Shown here one piece after another: positions 1-9,947 of a DNA stretch of 64,000 nucleotides; position 1 is the first letter of the stretch; each line of letters opens with the position of its first letter. Source of the DNA: an uncultured bacterium (GTDB lineage Bacteria; Patescibacteriota; Saccharimonadia; UBA4664); assembly GCA_963720265.1 (NCBI GenBank), contig CAVRET010000002.1:663601-727600 (forward strand). Direction: 5' to 3'. A program made the translations under genes and the position numbers. The notes beneath the pieces were generated by a model. That model ran no database searches. It worked only from the letters and a program-made list of their open reading frames with translations, and was not told the origin of the DNA.

Positions 1-1
1 G

Positions 2-724
2 GCAAAGCACCGGCATGTAATCGGCTACGGTGCAAGGGCTGAAGTACACTGGGACAAAAGCTCGATCGTACTCGCAAAACACAAAATCCCGGTCGAGCCG
101 CACGTTATCGGCGAGCATATGTTGCTCACACTCCTGGCCGCCGCCGCAGTTGCACGCGAGCTTGGCCTTTCCGACGAGCAAATCGCGGCAGGTGTTGCCA
201 AGGTCCACCCGGTATCCGGCCGCATGAACCCGCTGCCCGGCGTAAACGGCTCTCGCCTCATCGATGATACCTACAATTCCAGCCCTGACGCCGTCGTGGC
301 TGCGCTCGCGACGCTCGCAAAATACCCAGGTCAAGGCCGCCGCATTGCCGTACTCGGCTCCATGAATGAGCTTGGCGACGATGCCCCGCGCTACCACGAA
401 GAAACCGGCGCCCACGCGGCCGGCGTTGACCTGCTCATTACCATAGGCGAGCTGGCAAATAAGTATCTCGGACCGGCGGCCGTTAAGGCCGGCCTCGACC
501 CTACCCGTTTAAAGACAGCCGAAACCCCGGTTGCCGCCGGAAATTTCCTCAAATCAATGCTTACGCGAGACGACGTCGTGCTCATCAAAGGCTCCCAAGA
601 TCGCCTCTACACTGAGGAAGCCACCAAGCTCCTCCTCGCCAACTCGGCCGATGCCAAAAAACTCGTGCGCCAATCGCCGTTTTGGATGGCCAAGAAGCGC
701 AGGCAATTCCCGGACCTGCTCTAA
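2..724 (+). CDS. murF: UDP-N-acetylmuramoyl-tripeptide--D-Ala-D-Ala ligase, C-terminal part (5' truncated by window)
   Basis: Frame open from base 2; motifs LIDDTYNSSP, RRIAVLGSMNELG, VLIKGSQ typical of the MurF C-terminal domain. Confidence 0.9.
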   Translation, partial: AKHRHVIGYGARAEVHWDKSSIVLAKHKIPVEPHVIGEHMLLTLLAAAAVARELGLSDEQIAAGVAKVHPVSGRMNPLPGVNGSRLIDDTYNSSPDAVVAALATLAKYPGQGRRIAVLGSMNELGDDAPRYHEETGAHAAGVDLLITIGELANKYLGPAAVKAGLDPTRLKTAETPVAAGNFLKSMLTRDDVVLIKGSQDRLYTEEATKLLLANSADAKKLVRQSPFWMAKKRRQFPDLL

Positions 725-729
725 ACACA

Positions 730-757
730 AAGAACCGCCCTAGTTTGGGTGGTTCTT
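730..757. terminator. Hairpin terminator between convergent genes
   Basis: AAGAACCGCCC-tagttt-GGGTGGTTCTT inverted repeat right after murF stop. Confidence 0.65.
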
Positions 758-819
758 ACAAACAATAATACCTTGGGCTGGTGCCTCCGGCTCTCGGCCT
801 CCGGCAGGCACCCGCGTTG

Positions 820-1425
820 TCATCCCTGGCTGCAGCTCACCCTGTAGGAAGTGTTGCGGTTGGTCACGGTGACCACGGCCACCGGGCCGACCGGGGCTCC
901 GGGTTTCGCCCATGACGCTAGGACGTTACCGTCTGTAACCTCGGTAATCAGCTGACCCATCACTGTCGCCTGAACGGCGATGGACGCGGTGGGCGGCAGA
1001 CACGTCATAACCCGCTGGTTGCCGTCCCACTCGATCTGGGCGTTGACGAAACTAAGATCGTCACCGGTACGGTAGTTGACCACACCGGCCGTGAGCTGGC
1101 ATGCCCGGGCGTCCGGGTACCAGGCGACTGCGGGCGAGGCGCCCGGAGCGGCCTGATAGCCTAGCGTGCTGAGATGGTTCAGAATCGGCGTAAAGGCGTC
1201 AGTAAGGGCTTGCACCTCGCTGGCGCTGCAGCCAGCCGGAGCTATCGCGCGCGGCCTGGGAGCCGAGTTGTTGTGGCTGGAAGCGGTAACTAGCGCCACG
1301 GCCCATACGACCGAGACGACAAGCACCACGGCCGCCACGATCGCCGGTCCGCGCCAGCGAGATCTGGCCAGCCTTCTAAGTATGGCCGACACACGTACGC
1401 TAGCAGGTCTCATGGTTCTCCCCAT
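820..1425 (-). CDS. Hypothetical membrane-anchored/secreted protein
   Basis: 201-aa ORF with N-terminal hydrophobic helix (AIVAAVVLVVSVVWAVALV); sigma70-like promoter upstream on minus strand. Confidence 0.6.
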   Translation of the reverse strand: MGRTMRPASVRVSAILRRLARSRWRGPAIVAAVVLVVSVVWAVALVTASSHNNSAPRPRAIAPAGCSASEVQALTDAFTPILNHLSTLGYQAAPGASPAVAWYPDARACQLTAGVVNYRTGDDLSFVNAQIEWDGNQRVMTCLPPTASIAVQATVMGQLITEVTDGNVLASWAKPGAPVGPVAVVTVTNRNTSYRVSCSQG

Positions 1426-1487
1426 GTCGTGAACGGGTCTAGGGTTGGTGATAGGACGGGGTTGGGATGTTAAAGCAACGTAAATTT

Positions 1488-1516
1488 ATATTAGCATAAA
1501 AACACCAAAAAGTCAA
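1488..1516 (-). promoter_or_regulatory. Putative sigma70 promoter
   Basis: Minus strand TTGACT-17 nt-TAATAT with extended TG, in AT-rich intergenic DNA. Confidence 0.5.
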
Positions 1517-1540
1517 ATAATTCTTAAGCTTTACAAAGGC

Positions 1541-2110
1541 CTAAACCTGCTGCTCTTCCTCGTGAATCGCCACTCTTCCGCCCATATGTTGCCCCCGGTA
1601 GGCCGTACCACGCCCCTCGATCCGGTAAAATACAATATTGGCAATCCTAGCACCCAGCTGCAGCTGCACCGGAAAATCGCTCAAGTTCTTCAGCCCAAAC
1701 GCCAGCGGCCCTTCGTAGCCTGGGTCGGCCTTGTTGGTCAAAAGTAACAAACCCACCCGAAACAGCGTTCCCCGCGGGTAAACCATCGGCATCACATCGA
1801 GCGGCGTCTTTAACCCCTCGATCGAGCGCACTACGTAATACTTGCCCGGCTCAATGCTCACAAATTCCTCGCTCGCCGAATCCACCGCCCATTCCGCCAG
1901 CTGCTTCGTTTGCACACCCTTGCGTTTACCCAAACCTGCCTCGCCGTCGGCTTCAATAAACGCTCCGCCCTCATGAATCACATGCACCTGCCCGAGCCGC
2001 AGGTCCACGCCCACGCCCTCGGGGTTTTCCAGCTCACGCCGCCCCAGGTTCGTAATTAAGCCCTCTTCACGCACCCGCCTTAGCACTTCGTCAATGCCCA
2101 GCACTGCCAT
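1541..2110 (-). CDS. dcd: dCTP deaminase / dUTPase family
   Basis: GVDLRLG, RGTLFRVG, DPGYEG, RIANIVF, YRGQH motifs of the trimeric dUTPase/dCTP deaminase fold. Confidence 0.8.
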   Translation of the reverse strand: MAVLGIDEVLRRVREEGLITNLGRRELENPEGVGVDLRLGQVHVIHEGGAFIEADGEAGLGKRKGVQTKQLAEWAVDSASEEFVSIEPGKYYVVRSIEGLKTPLDVMPMVYPRGTLFRVGLLLLTNKADPGYEGPLAFGLKNLSDFPVQLQLGARIANIVFYRIEGRGTAYRGQHMGGRVAIHEEEQQV

Positions 2111-2184
2111 GTCGCATCTCTCCCACAATCTTTCACCATCGTAGCAAATGCTATACTGATGGCGATATTGGTGGGAGGGAAACT

Positions 2185-2787
2185 ATGGCAACTCAGCCGT
2201 CCAAGCGTGATGTCGAACTAATCTATGAGGTTGGTTGCCTGCGCCTGATGCAGCGCATGTGGAGCCGGTTTCTCACGCCTGAGTTCGCCAATGTGGCCGA
2301 GCACCACTTTCGCGTGGCTTGGATCGCTCTGATTATCGCCAAATACGAACACGGCGATGAAGCCAAGGTGCTCAAAATGGCACTGGCTCACGACCTCTCG
2401 GAATCGCGCGCCGGTGATCTCGATTATGTTTCGCGGCTATATGCCGAGCGCCACGAAGACAAAGCCATTGCCGACATGCTTGACGGCACAGTGCTCGCGC
2501 CCGAAATCGTGGATCTCTGGCTCGAGTATGAAAAACTGGAGTCGCTCGAAGCCAAAATTGTCAAAGACGCCGATTATATTGATGTTGATGCTGAGTTGGC
2601 CGAGCAGCGCTCCCGTGGCAATCACGGAATCTACGACTTCAAAGAACCCATCCGGGAGCATGTCGGCGCGACCAAGCTCAAAACCGAAACCGGCAAACGC
2701 CTGTGGCAAGCAATCCGCGAGGGCAACCCCCTCGACTGGATTGCCAGTTCAAAAAACCGGCTCAACGCCGGCGACTGGAAAAAGTAA
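2185..2787 (+). CDS. HD-domain hydrolase (YfbR/5'-deoxynucleotidase-like)
   Basis: NVAEHHFRV, MALAHDLSE..GD, EAKIVKDAD motifs. Confidence 0.85.
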   Translation: MATQPSKRDVELIYEVGCLRLMQRMWSRFLTPEFANVAEHHFRVAWIALIIAKYEHGDEAKVLKMALAHDLSESRAGDLDYVSRLYAERHEDKAIADMLDGTVLAPEIVDLWLEYEKLESLEAKIVKDADYIDVDAELAEQRSRGNHGIYDFKEPIREHVGATKLKTETGKRLWQAIREGNPLDWIASSKNRLNAGDWKK

Positions 2788-2880
2788 ACCAAGTATTACA
2801 ATATTGCAATCCGTACAATTGAAAATACCTGCCCAGGCCGACCGAGATGCCGGCCGAGGCAGGTATTACGCGTCCCTTCG

Positions 2881-3282
2881 CTAGTCCGGCAACACAACAT
2901 CCGTCGCCGCAATAAGCGCGGCGATACAGTGCAGACACATGTCCATGCCTCTGCGGTCGTTCCATCCGCGAAAAGCGGTGTTGCAACAGGTAGAACCGTC
3001 CAGGTCGAGGAAGACATTGTGGACAACGCTTGGGCCCGTCACACGCCAAAGCTGGCCAAACAGGAACCTCACGCGCTTCTCTGCAACGGCCGTGACCGAC
3101 TGGCCAAGCATGACCACGATTCGGCCCGGCTGGCCGGACTCCTTGAAGTAGCGGATCATCCTGATGACTCGTTCCTGCATTGGCGTCTCCAGCCGGCCAA
3201 ACTGCACATTCATGCCTGTGCGCAGATAGCGCAGTCGCTCTTCTTGGCCGAGTATCTCGCCCAATGCATAACCACGGCTCAA
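2881..3282 (-). CDS. Hypothetical protein with SWIM-like zinc finger
   Basis: TCCNTAF...MCLHCIAAL C-terminal motif; GAAAGGAGG RBS upstream. Confidence 0.6.
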   Translation of the reverse strand: MSRGYALGEILGQEERLRYLRTGMNVQFGRLETPMQERVIRMIRYFKESGQPGRIVVMLGQSVTAVAEKRVRFLFGQLWRVTGPSVVHNVFLDLDGSTCCNTAFRGWNDRRGMDMCLHCIAALIAATDVVLPD

Positions 3283-3315
3283 TCGTTGTCCCTCCTTTCA
3301 GGGCCGCCGTTCAGT

Positions 3316-4065
3316 TCACTCCGCCAACAGCTTGGCGAACGCCACCAGCAGGATTCCTTCACACAGCCGCGCTTCGGTGAAAGCCACGCAGGGGCAGGTC
3401 ATTGTGTCCAGATACACGTAGTGGTCGAGGTAGAAGTAGCGATTGGTGCCCACGTCGCTCAACGGCAACGCAGTGCCGAAGTGCTCTATCGCCAGCAGGC
3501 ACTGCTCAATGAGCGGCCGGTTGTAACTGCTACCGGTTTCCGCGCCGATCACCCAGGCGGCGACCAGTGCCAGTGCTGCCGGCTTCAACCGCTCCGGCAG
3601 GCCGGCGAACTGCATGCCCAAGAGCGGGTGGTCCTCGAGCAGATCGGGATCAGCGGACCGCTGCAAGACGTTCACCGGGTTGCTCAGGATAGCCACACCA
3701 TACTTGGCCAGGGCCACGATCAGGTGGCTACACATACCGACCTTACCCTCAAGACGCCCCTGGTACAGCGGGCAGGTGCAGGTAAGGTTGTTGAGATCGA
3801 CCGTGTACGTGCCGTCGTCGCCCGTAAACTCGAAGACGCCTGGTCCTTTACTCGTGAGCTTGCGTCCTTCGCGCAAGTATCTCGCTGCGCGCAGCGTCTT
3901 GTCGACCTGCGTTGTTTGCACATTGGCCACGAACATGATGATGAGCACATCGATCACGGCTGTCTGGGCCTTTGCCAGTCCGAATGGCCAGTCACGAATA
4001 ATCCCATGCTTGTCCATCAGCGGGCCATAACCGCGTCCGTCCAACAGCCTAAGCGTTTCAAGCAT
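3316..4065 (-). CDS. SWIM zinc-finger protein (two SWIM-like motifs)
   Basis: YTVDLNNLTCTCP...MCSHLIVAL (CxC-xn-CxH) and YLDTMTCPC...LCEG; GAGGAG RBS. Confidence 0.7.
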   Translation of the reverse strand: MLETLRLLDGRGYGPLMDKHGIIRDWPFGLAKAQTAVIDVLIIMFVANVQTTQVDKTLRAARYLREGRKLTSKGPGVFEFTGDDGTYTVDLNNLTCTCPLYQGRLEGKVGMCSHLIVALAKYGVAILSNPVNVLQRSADPDLLEDHPLLGMQFAGLPERLKPAALALVAAWVIGAETGSSYNRPLIEQCLLAIEHFGTALPLSDVGTNRYFYLDHYVYLDTMTCPCVAFTEARLCEGILLVAFAKLLAE

Positions 4066-4189
4066 CGCGCACTCCGTTCTCCTCTGTCGTCGTTGCGATG
4101 GATATATCTTTACAACATCTTAGTAAACAACGCAACAAGCGCAGCGATCACTAGCCACAACCTCAAAAACCCCTATAATGTAGCCAGTT

Positions 4190-7100
4190 ATGAAGCAGTA
4201 CGATCCCAAAACCATTGAGCCCAAATGGCAGCAAATCTGGGCCGACACCAATCTGTATGCCGCCATCGACGGTGATTCCAGGCCAAAATATTACATGCTC
4301 ACTGAGTTCCCGTATCCGTCAGCCGCCGGTCTCCACGCCGGCCACGTACGCGAGTACACCATCGGCGACGTCATGGCCCGCCATAAACGTATGCTCGGCC
4401 ACAACGTGCTCTACCCCATGGGCTGGGACGCCTTTGGCCTGCCTACCGAAAATTACGCTATTAAGACCGGCCAGAAGCCAAAGGATGTCACTGCCACCAA
4501 CACGGCCATCTTTCGCCGCCAGATGCAATTGCTTGGCCTCGGTTTCGATTGGTCGCGCGAGGTCAATACCTCGGACCCGGCCTACTACAAATGGACCCAG
4601 TGGCTGTTTTTGCAATTCTTCAAGCACGGCCTCGCCTATCAGGCCGAGATTCCCATTAATTGGTGCCCATTTGAAAAAACCGGCCTGGCCAACGAAGAGG
4701 TGATAAATGGCGTCCACGAGCGCTGCGGCACCCCGGTTGAGAAAAAACTGCTTAAGCAATGGATGCTTAAAATCACCGCCTACGCCGACCGGCTGGTGGA
4801 TGGCTTAAAAACCGTCGACTACCCTCCCCGTATCGCCGACCAGCAAATCAACTGGATCGGCCGCTCTGAGGGTGCCAACATCGACTTCTCCGTTGCCGGC
4901 GAGAAAATTACTGTCTACACTACCCGCCCCGACACGCTCGCCGGCGCTACCTTCCTCGTGCTCGCGCCCGAGCATCCAGCCGTGGCCAAAATTACAAGAC
5001 CGCAGCAGAAAGACCGGGTTGAGCAATACGTTAAGAAAACCCAGTCCGAGACCGATCTAAACCGCCAGGAAGAAAACCGGCCCAAAACCGGTGTCTTTAC
5101 CGGCGTCCATACCATAAATCCCATCACCAAAGCCAGCATGCCGGTCTGGATTGCCGACTATGTGCTGGCCGGCTACGGTACCGGCGCCATTATGGCCGTT
5201 CCTGCCCATGATGAGCGAGATTTTGCCTTTGCCAAGGCCATGAATAAGCAGCTGGGCTACGACGTAGAGCCCACCTATGTTGACATTGAATCAACGCCTC
5301 GGCCGGACCAGCCATTCGAAAACCGCGAAGTTGCCCAGGCTATAGTCAAGCATCCGACCGAGCAAAAGTACCTATTGTTGGAGCTTAAAGCCTGGGACGA
5401 CAAATCTTACAGCTACCCCATGGGAGGAATCCACGACGGCGAAACCCCGACCGAAACGGCAGTGCGCGAGCTGACTGAGGAAACCGGCTACGACCATATC
5501 AGACACACCAGGCCGATCAGTGCGCCTTACTTTGCGGAATTTTATCACCAGCACAAACACGTCAATCGGCGCGCTCACGTCCACAGTGTATTCATTGAAC
5601 TTGCCGATCTTCACCAATCTGGCATTGCACAACACGAACGCGACCTGCACGGGCTTCATTGGCTTACCGGTGACGAGGTGGCCAGCAAGGTACTTGGTAC
5701 CGGCACAAAGAAATTAATGCTCGACTTCCTTGCCGGCCGCGCCACTCCGGCTATCGACATCATACCGGTGATCGACCCTGTCCTCATTCGCGACGATGCG
5801 AGGGATTTGAAGGAATTCAAGCGCCATCGCAAAATCGTCGCCGTCGTCGAAAATGCCGCAGGCGAAATCCTCACTATCAACTGGGGTCCAAAGTATGGCG
5901 GCCGCCTCACCATTGGCGGCACCATCGAAGGCGACGAGGCACCCGAAATTACAGCTATGCGCGAAGTCGCCGAAGAAACCGGTTACCACGACCTCGAAGT
6001 GCTCGAAACCGGCGCCGAAACCATGCATTACAAGTATTATGCCTTCTCTAAAAGGGAAGGGCACGATGTCACCGTCCGGTTCATTCATACGCGCCTTAAA
6101 AGCGACAAACGCAAAGCCCAAGATCTCAACGAATCCGAGAAAAACAAATTCACAGTCGAATGGGCAACACGCAACCAAGCCGAGCGCGAGATCGTTGAGC
6201 CGCTTCACCGCTACGCCATAAACAAATTCATCTTTGGTCATGTCCATGCCGGCGACGGTGTGCTCGTGAACTCCGGCCAATTTGACGGCCTGCAAAACGA
6301 CGAAGCCAGGCGTGCTATTGTCCAGTGGCTGTTTGATCAGGGCCTGGGCCGCCACGCCACCACCTACCGCTTGCGCGACTGGATTTTCTCACGCCAGCAC
6401 TACTGGGGCGAGCCTATCCCCATTATTCACTGCCCCAAAGACGGCGCCGTGCCCGTGCCCGACGACCAGCTGCCCGTAAAGCTGCCCGAGGTTGAGCATT
6501 ATGAACCCACCGATACCGGCGAATCGCCGCTCGCCGCCATTTCCGAATTCGTAAACACTACTTGCCCCAAGTGCGGCGGCCCGGCCAAACGCGAAACCGA
6601 CACCATGCCCAACTGGGCCGGCTCAAGCTGGTACTACCTACGCTACATGGACCCGCACAACGACCACGAATTCGCCGGCCGCGCCAACATGGATTATTGG
6701 GGCATGGTCGATATCTACCTCGGCGGAATGGAGCACACCACGCTCCACTTGCTCTATTCACGTTTTTGGCACCAGTTCTTTTACGATCAGGGCCTCGTGC
6801 CCACGCCGGAACCCTATGCCGCCCGCCGCGGTCAAGGCATAGTTTTGGCTTCGGACGGCCGTAAAATGAGTAAATCACTCGGCAACGTCGTCAACCCCAC
6901 TGACATCGTCGAACGCTACGGCGCCGATACCTTCCGTCTATACATCATGTTCATGGCGCCGTACGACGAAACCACACCCTGGAGTGACGAGCGTTTAAAC
7001 GGTGTCTCGCGCTTCCTCTACCGCGTCTGGGCGCTCGTTCAACAGTTACGTGAACCACAAGCCGAAATCGCGCCGAATGGCATTATCGAGACCGAAGTCG

Positions 7101-7588
7101 ATCGCACTACCCACAAAACCCTCAAAAAGGTCCACGACGACCTCGAAGGGATGCGCTTTAACACTTACGTCAGTGCACTTATGGAATGCGTCAATTACCT
7201 GAACTCGCCGGCGAACCTGACTGCGATTCGCAACCACCCGGCTCTCTCCGAGCGCACCATCCGGACGCTCATTCTCATGCTCGCCCCGGCCGCACCGCAC
7301 CTGGCCGAAGAGCTTTGGCACGAGCTGGGCGAGCAGGGGAGCGTGCATACTGCACCATGGCCCAAATACGACCCCGAGCTCATCAAGGACGACCTCATCA
7401 CCATAGTGGTACAGATAAACGGAAAGGTTCGTGGCCAAACCACGGCCCCGGCCGACGTCACCGAGGCCGACCTCATCAATTTAGCCTCAATCGAGCCCAA
7501 GGTGGCCGCTCTGCTTGATGGCAAAAAGGTTGCAAATACTATTGTCGTGCCCCGCCGCCTCGTCAATTTCGTCGTTAAGGAGAGCTAG
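4190..7588 (+). CDS. leuS: Leucine--tRNA ligase with two inserted Nudix domains
   Basis: FPYPS..GLHAGH (HIGH), YTTRPDT, GTGAIMAVPAHDERD, LRDWIFSRQHYWG, KMSKS; two Nudix boxes ([16 protein letters not shown]) in the editing-domain region. Confidence 0.96.
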   Translation: MKQYDPKTIEPKWQQIWADTNLYAAIDGDSRPKYYMLTEFPYPSAAGLHAGHVREYTIGDVMARHKRMLGHNVLYPMGWDAFGLPTENYAIKTGQKPKDVTATNTAIFRRQMQLLGLGFDWSREVNTSDPAYYKWTQWLFLQFFKHGLAYQAEIPINWCPFEKTGLANEEVINGVHERCGTPVEKKLLKQWMLKITAYADRLVDGLKTVDYPPRIADQQINWIGRSEGANIDFSVAGEKITVYTTRPDTLAGATFLVLAPEHPAVAKITRPQQKDRVEQYVKKTQSETDLNRQEENRPKTGVFTGVHTINPITKASMPVWIADYVLAGYGTGAIMAVPAHDERDFAFAKAMNKQLGYDVEPTYVDIESTPRPDQPFENREVAQAIVKHPTEQKYLLLELKAWDDKSYSYPMGGIHDGETPTETAVRELTEETGYDHIRHTRPISAPYFAEFYHQHKHVNRRAHVHSVFIELADLHQSGIAQHERDLHGLHWLTGDEVASKVLGTGTKKLMLDFLAGRATPAIDIIPVIDPVLIRDDARDLKEFKRHRKIVAVVENAAGEILTINWGPKYGGRLTIGGTIEGDEAPEITAMREVAEETGYHDLEVLETGAETMHYKYYAFSKREGHDVTVRFIHTRLKSDKRKAQDLNESEKNKFTVEWATRNQAEREIVEPLHRYAINKFIFGHVHAGDGVLVNSGQFDGLQNDEARRAIVQWLFDQGLGRHATTYRLRDWIFSRQHYWGEPIPIIHCPKDGAVPVPDDQLPVKLPEVEHYEPTDTGESPLAAISEFVNTTCPKCGGPAKRETDTMPNWAGSSWYYLRYMDPHNDHEFAGRANMDYWGMVDIYLGGMEHTTLHLLYSRFWHQFFYDQGLVPTPEPYAARRGQGIVLASDGRKMSKSLGNVVNPTDIVERYGADTFRLYIMFMAPYDETTPWSDERLNGVSRFLYRVWALVQQLREPQAEIAPNGIIETEVDRTTHKTLKKVHDDLEGMRFNTYVSALMECVNYLNSPANLTAIRNHPALSERTIRTLILMLAPAAPHLAEELWHELGEQGSVHTAPWPKYDPELIKDDLITIVVQINGKVRGQTTAPADVTEADLINLASIEPKVAALLDGKKVANTIVVPRRLVNFVVKES

Positions 7589-8115
7589 TGGGCCTCAAAA
7601 TCGACTACAAATTTTGCCCGCAATGTCGACGGCCGATGACTCGTACCGCCGAGGGTGACCCGCATTGCGGGCATTGTGACATTACCGTTTATGACGATGT
7701 TGCCGCCGGTGCCTCAGCGCTGATTATCCGTGACGATCATGTTTTGCTCAGCCGGCGCGCCCGCGAGCCATATGAGGGTGACTATGACCTGGTTGGTGGA
7801 TTCATGAAGGCCGGCGAGTCACCTGAGCAAACGGCGGCCCGTGAGGCCATGGAAGAGACAGGACTAACCATAAAAATCAGTAAACTGCTTGGCATCTATC
7901 CCGATCAATACGGTGAAAACGGAAGCCCCGTCATTAGCATCGTCTATATCGGAGAGCACGTCGCCGGTTCAGAACAGGCAGGCGACGACGCTGCTGCTCT
8001 TGAATGGGTCGAAATTGAGCGGATCCCACCAGTCGCTTTTCAAAGCCGCTTCCAAAGCGTCCGCCAACCCTTGCACGATCTGCAGACCTGGTACCGCAGG
8101 CGAAAGGCGAGCTAG
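7588..8115 (+). CDS. Nudix hydrolase with N-terminal zinc ribbon
   Basis: FCPQC...CGHC plus Nudix box GGFMKAGESPEQTAAREAMEETG; GTG start abuts leuS stop. Confidence 0.88.
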   Translation: MGLKIDYKFCPQCRRPMTRTAEGDPHCGHCDITVYDDVAAGASALIIRDDHVLLSRRAREPYEGDYDLVGGFMKAGESPEQTAAREAMEETGLTIKISKLLGIYPDQYGENGSPVISIVYIGEHVAGSEQAGDDAAALEWVEIERIPPVAFQSRFQSVRQPLHDLQTWYRRRKAS

Positions 8116-8785
8116 TGCCAGACCGCGCCGACTACTATCAAATTCTCGGCATCAAACCTTCTGCGACCGCAGCCGAAATCAAAACCGCCTATCACACTGC
8201 CGCCAAGCGCGCTCACCCGGACGCCGGCGGCTCGGCCGAAGCTATGCAGCGGGTCAACGAGGCGTATGCCGCGCTCAATGACCCGGATGCCCGGGCCGAC
8301 TACGACTACGACCACGCGGCAGTGAATCAGCCACCGCCCGAACGCCGGGCCACCCATACTGGACAGCCGCCCGCCTCGCCTCCCCATGCTGCCGCAGCCA
8401 CCGCCCGCGCTCAGGCCGAGGCCCAGGCCAGGGCCGATTATCGCCGCGCCATGGGCTACGCCCGCCGCTCAGCCTTCAAACAATTCGGCCTAAGTGCTTT
8501 CGCCGCCGCGGTCTTGTCCCCACCATGCCGCTTCTGGCCGCACGCGTACCCGATCGCAGCACCAAAACCATTTTTGCCCTCATTGCCTTCGCGCCCGTCT
8601 ATAGTCTCGCCATTGCCATCATGTTCTTGGCGCAACCGCGCCTACGTTTGGCCGTCGCCGTCATGGGCCACAGGAATGCCAGGCTTTCGCGCCACGACCG
8701 CACTGCTCTCGCTGGCATTGCCCTGGCTGCACTGCCACTTGCCGCCATTTGGGTCGTTCTCTTCAATTTTGGCCTGATTAAGTAA
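8115..8785 (+). pseudogene. DnaJ-domain membrane protein with apparent frameshift near 8515-8525
   Basis: J domain DYYQILG...HPD; the hydrophobic TM continuation (MPLLAA...LFNFGLIK) is in a different frame (8525-8785). Confidence 0.65.
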
Positions 8786-8884
8786 TAAATGCTTTACATT
8801 CCGAGGCTCCCCCTCTAGAATGCATTTCTAAACGTCCCGTTGCCAATTCGTTCCAGATAACATATAATCTCACGCAAGAGTGCA

Positions 8885-9316
8885 ATGCGCATCAATGTCA
8901 GTGATCTTTTAGCCGAATCGGTTGGGTACTCACGCCAATTTATCATCGCAGATGAATGGCCGGTACTCGAGGACACAGTCCTTGTCGAAGCCGTGGATGG
9001 GCAAGTTACCATTATCCGGCTCGACGAGGGAGTAGCCGTTCGCGGCCGAGCTACAATCAAGGTTGAGCTCCAGTGCGATCGCTGTCTGTGCGAGTTCACG
9101 TGTCCGGTTACTCTTCCGCTGCAGCAACTCTACACTACCCTCCCGGGTGACGACGAGCTGCCGCTTGATCGCGGTGTCATTGATCTGGCCCCACTCATCG
9201 AGCAGGAAATCGTACTGGGCCTGCCTATAAAATCACTCTGCCGGCCGGATTGCGTCGGAATTAAGAACCTGCAAGAAACGAAAGGAACCCCTCGTGGCCG
9301 TACCAAAAAAACGTAA
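8885..9316 (+). CDS. yceD: YceD/DUF177 family protein
   Basis: CDRC and IDLAPLIEQEIVLGLPIKSLCRPDC motifs; directly upstream of rpmF. Confidence 0.85.
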   Translation: MRINVSDLLAESVGYSRQFIIADEWPVLEDTVLVEAVDGQVTIIRLDEGVAVRGRATIKVELQCDRCLCEFTCPVTLPLQQLYTTLPGDDELPLDRGVIDLAPLIEQEIVLGLPIKSLCRPDCVGIKNLQETKGTPRGRTKKT

Positions 9317-9461
9317 AACCCGTGGTGCCCAAGGTCAGCACCGCTCACATAATGCCCTCGTTCCCACTCAGCTGGTTAGCGCCACAGGCGGTCGGCTCAT
9401 TCCCCGCCGCCTCAAGAAAGCCGCTGAGCTCGGTCTCTTAAAAACCGTAGGCAAGGCGTAG
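9294..9461 (+). CDS. rpmF: 50S ribosomal protein L32 (not in ORF track)
   Basis: GTG start after AAGGA; translates MAVPKKRKTRGAQGQHRSHNALVPTQL...GKA*; yceD-rpmF synteny. Confidence 0.88.
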   Translation: MAVPKKRKTRGAQGQHRSHNALVPTQLVSATGGRLIPRRLKKAAELGLLKTVGKA

Positions 9462-9473
9462 TCACCAACCTCT

Positions 9474-9947
9474 ATGGCTTCCAATCGTCATCTCGGCCGC
9501 ATCGTTGCCATGCAAACGCTCTACGAGCATGATTTTCGTGGTGGCGACGGTACCGAGCTCGCTCTTGACCCCATTCTCCAGCGCAATCTCGATGAATTCC
9601 GCAGCTCCATCGACGACATCAACTTCGTTGAAGACCTAGTTTCCGGCGTGCACGAGCACCAGGCCGAAATCGACGGCATTATCGGTCCAGCCGCGCCCGA
9701 ATGGCCGGTTGAGCAGATTGCTAAGATCGACAAAATTATCCTGCGCATCGGTGTATACGAGCTCATGATCAAGCGGGATGTTCCACCGAAGGTTGCCATC
9801 AACGAGGCCGTTGAGCTGGCCAAAACCTTCGGCGGCGAAAACTCGAGTAAATTTATTAACGGTGTCCTCGGCACCATCTATCGGAACAGTGATTTTTATG
9901 AACCAGAAAGCGAAAAACCGGCCGTACCGACCGACCAAAACGAGTAA
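9474..9947 (+). CDS. nusB: Transcription antitermination factor NusB
   Basis: [47 protein letters not shown]. Confidence 0.95.
   Translation: MASNRHLGRIVAMQTLYEHDFRGGDGTELALDPILQRNLDEFRSSIDDINFVEDLVSGVHEHQAEIDGIIGPAAPEWPVEQIAKIDKIILRIGVYELMIKRDVPPKVAINEAVELAKTFGGENSSKFINGVLGTIYRNSDFYEPESEKPAVPTDQNE

Noticed and set aside
2929-4218. 429-aa plus-strand ORF
   Set aside because: Antisense shadow of the two SWIM genes, which have motifs and RBSs; it also overlaps the leuS start and has no recognisable motif.
5230-6250. Intein in leuS
   Set aside because: No C/S start with HN-C/S/T end and no LAGLIDADG motifs; the inserts are Nudix domains.
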